Positions 11,064 through 19,113 of a DNA stretch of 64,000 nucleotides are shown in pieces (positions within the stretch are counted from its first letter, which is position 1; every line of letters begins with the position of its first letter). Made by a program: the position numbers and the translations under genes. Source of the DNA: an uncultured Bacteroidales bacterium (lineage in GTDB: Bacteria > Bacteroidota > Bacteroidia > Bacteroidales > PUMT01); assembly GCA_964421595.1 (NCBI GenBank), contig CAYQXY010000014.1:10536-74535 (forward strand), given 5' to 3'. The notes under the pieces were generated by a model that ran no database searches, was not told the DNA's origin, and saw only the letters and a program-made list of their open reading frames with translations.

Positions 11064-12155
11064 ATGACTATTCAGGATATTAAATCAGTTTTCAGCAAAT
11101 TCGAGGTTTCAGGAAGCTGGCTGGAAGGAGCACCAACAGGCTCGGGACATATACACGGTACATGGCTGATACAAACCACCGACAAAAATCATAAAGGCTA
11201 TATTCTTCAAAAGATAAACAACAAAGTGTTTCCGCCTGTTAAGGAGATGATGGATAATATCCATTTAGTTACCACTCATATCAAAGGAAAAAACAGGGAA
11301 GGCGGTATGCAGGTTCTGGAGATCATCAATACTGTCGGCGGTAAAAATCATCTCACCGATCATAACGGCAACTACTGGAGGTTATACCGGAGAATTTTTC
11401 CCGGCTTCAGTTACGACACTGTACCTAATGAAAATGTAGCATGTGAAGCCGGAAAGGCTTTCGGGCAATTTATAGCTGACCTCCGCGATCTTCCCGCCGG
11501 TTTAATTTTTCCTGTCATTCCCGGATTTCACTCGGTCGAAATGCGGTATGAAAATTTCAGGAAGGCAGTGAATTCTGATTTGAAAGGACGGGTTGAAGAG
11601 GTAAGAAACGAGATCTATTTTGCCAATTCCCAAATTGACAATATGCGACTAATTCCCCGTATGGAAAAAGAAGGAAAGCTTCCTGTTAGGATAACCCATA
11701 ACGATACAAAACTGAATAATGTTCTTTTCGATGAGAATGACAATGCCGTGTGTGTTATAGATCTTGATACTGTCATGCCCGGGCTTTCCCTGTATGATTT
11801 TGGCGATACTATACGTACCGCAGCAAATACAGGAGAAGAAGATGAAGCTGAACTTGAAAATATTCAGTTCAGTATGCCGGTATTCAAGGCATTTGCCGAT
11901 GGTTTTCTCGAAAGAACTATTTCGTTTCTGAGTCCGGAAGAAATCGAACTCCTTCCTCTTGCATCCCAGTATATGACATATATAATGGGAATAAGGTTCC
12001 TGACAGATTATATTGATGGTGATCTCTACTACTCAACGCATTACGAAAAGCAAAATCTCAGGCGTTGCAGGGCGCAATTCAGGCTTATGGAGTCTATGAT
12101 GGATAAATACAGGGAAAGCCAGGAAATAATTTCAGATTTAGCCAAAAAATATTAA
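11064..12155 (+). CDS. APH-fold anomeric sugar kinase (N-acetylhexosamine 1-kinase NahK / AmgK-like)
   Basis: I moved the start to the ATG at 11064 (MTIQDIK...), since the track start 11025 would overlap the upstream gene. The catalytic loop ITHNDTKLNNVLFD (HxDxxxxN) and metal-binding VIDLDTVMPG are present. Blocks LYDFGDTIRTAANT and IRFLTDYIDGDLYYSTHYEKQNL closely resemble Bifidobacterium NahK as I recall it. Confidence 0.7.
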   Translation: MTIQDIKSVFSKFEVSGSWLEGAPTGSGHIHGTWLIQTTDKNHKGYILQKINNKVFPPVKEMMDNIHLVTTHIKGKNREGGMQVLEIINTVGGKNHLTDHNGNYWRLYRRIFPGFSYDTVPNENVACEAGKAFGQFIADLRDLPAGLIFPVIPGFHSVEMRYENFRKAVNSDLKGRVEEVRNEIYFANSQIDNMRLIPRMEKEGKLPVRITHNDTKLNNVLFDENDNAVCVIDLDTVMPGLSLYDFGDTIRTAANTGEEDEAELENIQFSMPVFKAFADGFLERTISFLSPEEIELLPLASQYMTYIMGIRFLTDYIDGDLYYSTHYEKQNLRRCRAQFRLMESMMDKYRESQEIISDLAKKY

Positions 12156-12243
12156 AAATTCCCAATGAACAAATATTTTACATAAATCATTTATTACTAT
12201 TGCTTTTAAAAACCAGATATTTTGAATTTTATATTCTGACCAA

Positions 12244-12729
12244 ATGCAAAATTTTTCACATGATTCTTATAGCTTGCGGAGGCTTGTCCTTTTAGTTGCT
12301 CTTCGCGTTTCAATTGGCTGGCATTTCATGTATGAAGGAATTGCAAAACTTTTGCAGGAGAACTGGACGGCCTATTCTTTTTTAATTGATTCAAGGGGAA
12401 TTTTTTCCGGATTCTTCAGAAGCCTTGCAAACAACCCAACTGCCCTGGCCATTACCGATCAGATGAATATGTGGGGACTTACACTGATTGGTTTTGCATT
12501 GATCATGGGTATTTTCTCAAGATATGCAAAAATTGCAGGCATTATACTGCTTCTGTTCTATTATTTAGCCCAGCCGCCGCTTATGATGGCTGAATATTTG
12601 CTTCCCGGCGAAGGAAGTTATCTCTGGGTTAATAAAAACCTGATAGAATTGCTGGCGCTTGCTGTGCTATATGTCTTTCCCACCGGACACATCATTGGTA
12701 TTGACAGACTATTAAGAAATTTTAAGTAA
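12244..12729 (+). CDS. DoxX family membrane protein
   Basis: 161 aa with four hydrophobic helices. The N-terminal LVALRVSIGWHFMYEGIAKL block is typical of the DoxX/DoxD-like family. Confidence 0.65.
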   Translation: MQNFSHDSYSLRRLVLLVALRVSIGWHFMYEGIAKLLQENWTAYSFLIDSRGIFSGFFRSLANNPTALAITDQMNMWGLTLIGFALIMGIFSRYAKIAGIILLLFYYLAQPPLMMAEYLLPGEGSYLWVNKNLIELLALAVLYVFPTGHIIGIDRLLRNFK

Positions 12730-12838
12730 TAATTCATATTCAATTACAGTTTATTTATCGGAATATCAGACTTTCAGCATATAACAGACGATAAACCAAA
12801 TTCATTTTGTCTGTCTTGATATAAAAAACGGAGCTATA

Positions 12839-14425
12839 ATGGATAATAACCGAACTGATAATGATAAACCGGGAAAAATGAGTCCGCGACGCAGGGAAGT
12901 CCTGAAAAGCCTTTTGACCGTGCCTCTTGTTGGCGCTTTACTTTACGGAGCATTCCGTAAAAAAAGCCTCCAGCATTACAGGCAAAATCAATTATTAAGG
13001 GAACTGGGACTAGACTCTATTGAAGATCCTGTACCTTTTCAACCGGTTTCAGGCAACGGTGAAACGCTGAGGGTGGGGATTATCGGATTTGGAATCAGGG
13101 GTGAACAACTCCTGCGTTCAGCGGGTTTTGCTCACCCGGGTCTTATTGACAGCTGGGCACAGTCCGCATCATTAAACCAGGCAGATGATCGTCTTCAGTT
13201 TTACCGGGAACAGGAAGACCTCAATATAAGGATAACTGCTGTTAGCGATATATTCACGGTCAACACCCAACGGGCATTGGAAACTTCAGCTAACCTATAC
13301 CGTGCCGGTTCTGACGGACAAATGGATCAGCCTGCAAAGTATTACAAGCACTATCAGGAACTTCTGAATGCCGATGATGTTGATGCTGTTATAATAGCCA
13401 CCCCTGATCACTGGCATGCCAGAATGGCAATAGAAGCAGCTAATGCAGGCAAGCATATTTACCTTGAAAAACCCTTAAGTCTCACTGTTGCAGAAACTCA
13501 TGCTGTTGAACAGGCCGTTCGTGAGAATAATGTCATTTTTCAACTTGGCCATCAGAACAGGCAGATAGAAAGTCACCTGAAAGCAAAGGAACTTATTGAA
13601 AAGGACATCCTGGGAAAAATCACCAAAATTGAATGTTATACAAACAGGAATTCCCCGAATGGTGCCTGGGTATATGATATCCATCCGGAAGCCAGCGAAA
13701 AAACAATAGACTGGCAGTCCTTTCTGGGCCCGGCACCTGATCACCCTTTTTCACTGGAAAGATTTTTCCGCTGGCGGTGCTGGTGGGATTACAGCACCGG
13801 TTTAACCGGCGATCTGTTTACACATGAATATGACGCTATCAATCAGGTATTGGGGCTTGGCATTCCCGATTCAGCTGTCGCCTCGGGCGGGATATATTTC
13901 TTCAAGGATGGACGCACCGTACCCGATGTGCTTCAGGTCAGCTATGAATTCCCCGAAAGGGAACTGAGCCTTTTATACAGCGCCTCACTTGCAAGCAGCA
14001 AACAGAGAAGTAAAACATTCTTCGGACATGACGCAAGCATGGAGCTTGGAGGAAGTATGACTGTTTATCCCGACATGAGTTCTACACGCTATCGTGAAAA
14101 AATAGAGGCCGGTGTAATTCGCGCTAATACTCCAATGCTGACATATGTGCCCGGCCGGGAAGGAGTTGATGTCGTTACTTCGGCTACAGAACAGTATTTT
14201 GCAAGCAGGGGATTGCTCTATACCTACCGCGGTGGAAGAAGGGTTGACACAACTTTCCTTCATATCAGGGAATGGCTGGAGGCAATTCGTGGAAGCGGCG
14301 AAACCTCGTGTGATATTAAGGCAGGTGTTGAGGAGGCAATTTCTGCCCATATGGGTACACAGGCCTACAGGTTGCAGAAAAAAGTATTCTGGGATAAAGA
14401 TAAAAAGGAGATAGTTACTGCCTGA
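12839..14425 (+). CDS. TAT-exported Gfo/Idh/MocA family oxidoreductase
   Basis: 528 aa. It carries a twin-arginine leader (SPRRREVLKSLLTVPLVGA), the Rossmann start LRVGIIGFGIRG and an EKP motif (YLEKPLS). Confidence 0.85.
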   Translation: MDNNRTDNDKPGKMSPRRREVLKSLLTVPLVGALLYGAFRKKSLQHYRQNQLLRELGLDSIEDPVPFQPVSGNGETLRVGIIGFGIRGEQLLRSAGFAHPGLIDSWAQSASLNQADDRLQFYREQEDLNIRITAVSDIFTVNTQRALETSANLYRAGSDGQMDQPAKYYKHYQELLNADDVDAVIIATPDHWHARMAIEAANAGKHIYLEKPLSLTVAETHAVEQAVRENNVIFQLGHQNRQIESHLKAKELIEKDILGKITKIECYTNRNSPNGAWVYDIHPEASEKTIDWQSFLGPAPDHPFSLERFFRWRCWWDYSTGLTGDLFTHEYDAINQVLGLGIPDSAVASGGIYFFKDGRTVPDVLQVSYEFPERELSLLYSASLASSKQRSKTFFGHDASMELGGSMTVYPDMSSTRYREKIEAGVIRANTPMLTYVPGREGVDVVTSATEQYFASRGLLYTYRGGRRVDTTFLHIREWLEAIRGSGETSCDIKAGVEEAISAHMGTQAYRLQKKVFWDKDKKEIVTA

Positions 14426-14448
14426 GCACCTTAAAACTATCTCTTTGG

Positions 14449-14477
14449 CCGCCCTGTCAGTGATGGGGCGGTTTTTT
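14449..14477 (+). terminator. Rho-independent terminator after the oxidoreductase gene
   Basis: Stem CCGCCC (14449-14454) pairs with GGGCGG (14466-14471), followed by TTTTTT (14472-14477). It begins 24 nt after the stop codon. Confidence 0.65.
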
Positions 14478-14725
14478 AACAGCCAGACCGGTACGATTCC
14501 ATCCTGTACCCTTACAACCCTGCCAACAGATAGCAAATTCTAACCTAAAAAACCTAAATTTGTCAGGAGTGCAATTATCCATTCGCCCCGGCAGCAAAAT
14601 CTTTAATAATAGCACAAGCCGGTCGGATCACCTGTACTATTATTTTTAAGTTATCTGTGTCAGGTAAAAACTTATTAAATTGTTTTAAATAATAATTCTT
14701 TAAATATCTCTGAAAAATTTTACTG

Positions 14726-15997
14726 ATGAGTTTTATAACTAATTTTGACCTTGAAACTGCCAGGAAGCTGGATGAGAGTAATGTTCTTTCGAAGTTCAGA
14801 AACAGGTTCTATACTCCTGAAAATAAAATATATATGGATGGAAATTCTCTGGGACTCCTTTCCAAAGATTCGGAAGATTCATTGATGAGGGTACTTGATG
14901 AATGGAAAACACTTGGCATAGACGGATGGATGAATGGAAAAAGGCCATGGTTCAATTTTGGTGAAGAAATTGGTGATATGGCTGCCTCACTTGTCGGCGC
15001 AAATAGTGGCGAAGTTGTCTTTACCGGCACAACAACAATAAATATCCATAATTTAATCGGGAGCTTCTATAATCCTGATGGCAAACGAAATAAAATACTT
15101 GCCGACATCCTGAACTTCCCAAGTGACCTTTACGCGCTTAAGGGACAATTAATGTTACGGGGCCTGGATCCCGGAAAATACCTTGTTCTGGCCCAGCCTG
15201 ACCGGGATGGATTACTTGACGAAGATGAAATTATTGAACAGATGGAACCGGATGTATCGCTTGTTTTTCTTCCTTCTGTTCTTTATCGCAGCGGTCAGCT
15301 TCTTAATATTAAAAAACTTACGGCAGCGGCACATGCAAGAGAAATAATGATTGGTTTCGATTGCAGCCATTCAGTTGGTGCAATCCCGCATTCATTCAAT
15401 GAATGGGGAGTGGATTTTGCCCTGTGGTGCAGCTACAAATATCTTAATGGCGGACCGGGTGCTGCAGCATTCCTGTATGTCAACAAAAAACATTATCACC
15501 TAATGCCATCACTTCCCGGTTGGTTCGGAAATGACAAGGAGAAACAATTTGAGATGCTGCCTGATTTTATTCCGGCTATGGGTGCAGGCCGCTGGCAGAT
15601 ATCTTCTCCGGGTATACTTGGTTCTTCATCCGCTGAAGGGTCATTGAAAATAATACTTGAAGCAGGTATAAACAACATACGCAGAATTTCACTTCAGCTC
15701 ACAGAATTCCTTGCCGGTTCATTGAATGAAAAGATTGTCTCCAGATTTCCGCAATTCAGAATAATCACTCCAGCTTCCCATGAACGCCGCGGAGGTCATA
15801 TTGCAATTGAACATCCCGATGCAGCAAAAATCTTCAGCACCCTGTCATCCAAAGGAATTGTTGCAGATCTGAGGCCCCCGAACATCATCAGGCTTGCACC
15901 TGTTGCGCTTTATAATTCCTTTGAAGAGATACTCCGGGTGACAGATATACTTGGGGAAATAATGCAAAAAGAGAATAATTTTGCAACCGGTTTATGA
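14726..15997 (+). CDS. kynU: Kynureninase (PLP-dependent)
   Basis: 423 aa. The N-terminal FRNRFYTPENKIYMDGNSLGL block, the length and the class-V aminotransferase-like fold blocks (CSYKYLNGGPGA) are typical of KynU. Confidence 0.8.
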   Translation: MSFITNFDLETARKLDESNVLSKFRNRFYTPENKIYMDGNSLGLLSKDSEDSLMRVLDEWKTLGIDGWMNGKRPWFNFGEEIGDMAASLVGANSGEVVFTGTTTINIHNLIGSFYNPDGKRNKILADILNFPSDLYALKGQLMLRGLDPGKYLVLAQPDRDGLLDEDEIIEQMEPDVSLVFLPSVLYRSGQLLNIKKLTAAAHAREIMIGFDCSHSVGAIPHSFNEWGVDFALWCSYKYLNGGPGAAAFLYVNKKHYHLMPSLPGWFGNDKEKQFEMLPDFIPAMGAGRWQISSPGILGSSSAEGSLKIILEAGINNIRRISLQLTEFLAGSLNEKIVSRFPQFRIITPASHERRGGHIAIEHPDAAKIFSTLSSKGIVADLRPPNIIRLAPVALYNSFEEILRVTDILGEIMQKENNFATGL

Positions 15998-16087
15998 TTT
16001 CCGAAGTATTCCGTTTTACAGCCGTATGGCAACAATTAACTTACCACCGGTTTCAAAGTGAAACGGGCATTTCTCACGAAATTTTAA

Positions 16088-17731
16088 TTATTGCAATAAC
16101 TTCCACTCAGCCATTGACTCCTTGATCGTATCCATAAATCTATTGGCAATTGCTTTTTCCAGGACGATTTTATTCCCGATCTTTATCAGAAACCTGTCCC
16201 TTCTGCTATAATCAGATAAATTCATTATTATCTTACCCACCCGGTCTTTTATATCCCTTCTGTAAGCATCTATTTCTTTCGTTTTTCTTATTGGCCAGTC
16301 TTCATGATGTCTGAACCCGGGCATATAAATTTTTTCTCCCTCAGGATGGAAAATAGGTATTATCTGCCTCCTTCCATCCCTGGCTTTGAATAGTTGCGGA
16401 TTCACTCCATTATAACCATCTTTGAAAATTGGATTTATGCTATCTGCAGCAACGGTGAAATGTTCTCTGAGAAACCGTTCACAATTGCCTCTGCCCAGAA
16501 AAAAATCATGGATGCGGAATTCCTTATTTATAAACCCGCCAAATCCACCAAAAAAACCACAGGCAATAGCATGCTCCCCTTCAATGAAGGTTCCGTCTAC
16601 CTGTCTGCTTGGTCCGATTAAATAGAGGCTTTGATTATCTTTATCATAAATATCCTGTAATGCTTCCGGCTTCATTCGCATTTGTGAAATCATGGCGCTA
16701 AGTGTGCCGCCTATCACATCTGCCAACCCGTCTTTCTCTTCGAAGTTAACTGGTTTACTGGGAAAGGGGTCGACTATGAGCATGCTGCATTCAAAAGTAT
16801 CAGGGTCCTCATTCAGTTTAAAATCATCACCTCCTCCGGCCTTCTCCTTCAACAATCCGGAAAGTATATCTTTCACCTTAAAGAAAGGCTCATTATTTAT
16901 CATCCCGCCATCTACACATAATGTACTATCAGGATCAAGGGTAAGGGGAAAGTGGCTGGTGATATCCCTGTGCCATAAAAGGTCGTTCAGATAGTGCATT
17001 TTTCTTACCACATTCCGGCTTCTTAAGCCTATCGGGAATGCACCTGTGGCCATTGCTGCACTCCTTGCAACCTCAACATTGGAATCTCTGAAAAAATCAA
17101 GGGGGATCCAACCATCATTAGAATATTCTTCTTCGGTTTTATTCAGGATAAAAGCTGCGTAATCATTATGCCGTGAAAGATAGAAATCAGATTTGGCATG
17201 ACCACCTGCAAAATTAACATTGTAGGGAAATCCCTTGAGATTGGTAAGAGTCGTAAAGACCTTTAAATACTTGTCAAGATATGGACGGTCAATAAATTGT
17301 GATTTGTCAACTTCAATTGCGCGGTGGGATAGTTCATCTATAAAAAGGGAATTAAAAACAGAATAAACTTTGCCATTGATATCATTATTATTCAGAAGTA
17401 CCGGGAACATATCGGTGGTCGTCAGATCAACCCAGGAATGATAAAGTTTATTTTGTGGCTGTTCTGTGAATATATCATCCGTTAATGCTTTAACAGGTGT
17501 TATTGGATTATTGATGACAGATGCCATGACTGTAGCTGTCATCCCTCCTGCAGAAGCCCCACCAATAGCTGGTATGATCACCTTGTGGGAGGGTACATCC
17601 TCCTGGCCTCTTCTGCTTTCCCATTCTTCCAATGCTTCCAGCAGATAATCTATCACCCCGGCAGTATAAGCTCCGGCTGAAACAGCACCAGCAAGACATA
17701 GTCCCAGATACAACGTGTCATTCTTTTCCAT
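16088..17731 (-). CDS. Patatin-like phospholipase family protein (large, stand-alone)
   Basis: 547 aa. It has an oxyanion-hole-like block (GLCLAGAVSAGAYTAG), a nucleophile elbow GGASAGG (GxSxG) and the catalytic Asp in VDGGMINNEP. Confidence 0.85.
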   Translation of the reverse strand: MEKNDTLYLGLCLAGAVSAGAYTAGVIDYLLEALEEWESRRGQEDVPSHKVIIPAIGGASAGGMTATVMASVINNPITPVKALTDDIFTEQPQNKLYHSWVDLTTTDMFPVLLNNNDINGKVYSVFNSLFIDELSHRAIEVDKSQFIDRPYLDKYLKVFTTLTNLKGFPYNVNFAGGHAKSDFYLSRHNDYAAFILNKTEEEYSNDGWIPLDFFRDSNVEVARSAAMATGAFPIGLRSRNVVRKMHYLNDLLWHRDITSHFPLTLDPDSTLCVDGGMINNEPFFKVKDILSGLLKEKAGGGDDFKLNEDPDTFECSMLIVDPFPSKPVNFEEKDGLADVIGGTLSAMISQMRMKPEALQDIYDKDNQSLYLIGPSRQVDGTFIEGEHAIACGFFGGFGGFINKEFRIHDFFLGRGNCERFLREHFTVAADSINPIFKDGYNGVNPQLFKARDGRRQIIPIFHPEGEKIYMPGFRHHEDWPIRKTKEIDAYRRDIKDRVGKIIMNLSDYSRRDRFLIKIGNKIVLEKAIANRFMDTIKESMAEWKLLQ

Positions 17732-18128
17732 AACATTGATTTTTTTAGGTTATTCAGGATTCCTGATCAATTCTTACATGAATCTCCCATGAACAGGGCA
17801 CCGGGCTCACAAAAATAGAATTAACATGGGTAATGCATCCGTGGCAACTACGAGATCAGCAATTGCAACATACTTATATAAAGCATCATAGCAATACTGT
17901 TTTCAGATGGATAATGCTAATCTCATAAATGATGATATCGGGATTTTGCTTTTCATCGATTACATTTATAGTATAGAAAATAAACTCATTTAACTCATGA
18001 AAAGATGTAAAAGTTTTCAGTAGGGAACGAACCCGGACTATATTTACTTAGTCTTATTCTAAGGTAAGTTACGACGAAAAACAAATTGAATGAAACTATA
18101 TACAAATAAAACTTGTGAGAAATAGAAA

Positions 18129-18155
18129 CAGCCTGAATGCTGGGCAAACAGGCTG
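18129..18155 (-). terminator. Candidate intrinsic terminator downstream of the ThuA-like gene
   Basis: 7-bp stem, CAGCCTG (18129-18135) with CAGGCTG (18149-18155). On the minus strand it is followed by TTTCTATTTCT. The 13-nt loop is rather large. Confidence 0.4.
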
Positions 18156-18231
18156 CAATAACACTCCAAACAAGGATTTGTCTAAATTAGATAACTGTAA
18201 TCTCTATGGAATTATTTATAACAAATACCTT

Positions 18232-19053
18232 TTAACGGTATACCGGACTAACCCATTTTTCATGCGGATGATACTTACTCTCTGCTGCCCATCTGATGCC
18301 ACGCTTTTGGATTTCCAGTGCTTCGGGCACCTCAAAATCCTTAACGACATGACCCAGTGCTGAATAAAAGACCCTTCCTTTGCCGTAGTACTTTTTCCAG
18401 ACCTGCGGCATAACAGCCCCACCGATCCAGCCGGCATGCTCATCGGTAAATGTTGTGGTGGCCAGAACCTTGACATTCGGGTCTACATGCATATAATACT
18501 GCTCGGAATTCATCTCAAAATCCTTCAGTCCGCGAGTAACCATGTCTCTTTTGTCAGTAATGTTTACCTTATATTTTATTACACCACCAGGGTGGGAAAC
18601 CCATTGCCCCCCGGTCATAAACTGATATTCAGTATTATTCCTGAATGAATCACAAAGTCCTCCGTGCCATCCGGCAATGCCGCAGCCATTCTTGACAGCA
18701 TTAAGCAATCCCTTTTCCTGATCGCCGGTAATCTGCCCCATTGTATATACCTGCACAACAAGGTCGATTGATGACATAAGCTTTTCATCGAGATATGAAT
18801 CGAGATTATCGGACACTGTAACATCGGCTCCTTCCTCCTTCATCCAGGGTACAAAAAGATCTCTGCTCGGAACAGGCTCATGACCATCCCAGCCACCATA
18901 AACAAACAGCACCTTTTTTCCTTTCAGTGTTGGAGACGCATTCGTTTGAGGTTCAGGAGCAGCAAATACCGACCTTGCACCTATTAGTCCAATACCTCCC
19001 ACCAATGCCGTGGTTCTGATAAAGTTTCTTCGTGATGATGAATGATTTTCCAT
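18232..19053 (-). CDS. TAT-exported ThuA-like (trehalose-utilisation family) protein
   Basis: 273 aa with a twin-arginine leader (SSRRNFIRTTALVGGIGLIGARSVFA). The ThuA-like class-I glutamine-amidotransferase-like fold blocks (KVLFVYGGWDGHEP, GWHGG) are present. It starts 60 nt downstream of rhaA. Confidence 0.75.
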   Translation of the reverse strand: MENHSSSRRNFIRTTALVGGIGLIGARSVFAAPEPQTNASPTLKGKKVLFVYGGWDGHEPVPSRDLFVPWMKEEGADVTVSDNLDSYLDEKLMSSIDLVVQVYTMGQITGDQEKGLLNAVKNGCGIAGWHGGLCDSFRNNTEYQFMTGGQWVSHPGGVIKYKVNITDKRDMVTRGLKDFEMNSEQYYMHVDPNVKVLATTTFTDEHAGWIGGAVMPQVWKKYYGKGRVFYSALGHVVKDFEVPEALEIQKRGIRWAAESKYHPHEKWVSPVYR

Positions 19054-19113
19054 GATTAATTATAATAGTTTATATTTTTATAAAAATAGCAATTCATGAA
19101 TTATAACCAGCAA

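Noticed and set aside
13985-14536. 183-aa minus-strand ORF
   Set aside because: It is antisense to the 3' part of the TAT oxidoreductase gene and runs across that gene's terminator. It has no recognisable motif and is a typical shadow ORF.
16088-17731. Patatin genes (here and at 54675..55922) as CBASS- or other defence-system effectors
   Set aside because: There is no adjacent CD-NTase/cyclase, SAVED, TIR, STAND NTPase, helicase or nuclease gene. The neighbours are metabolic genes on other transcription units.
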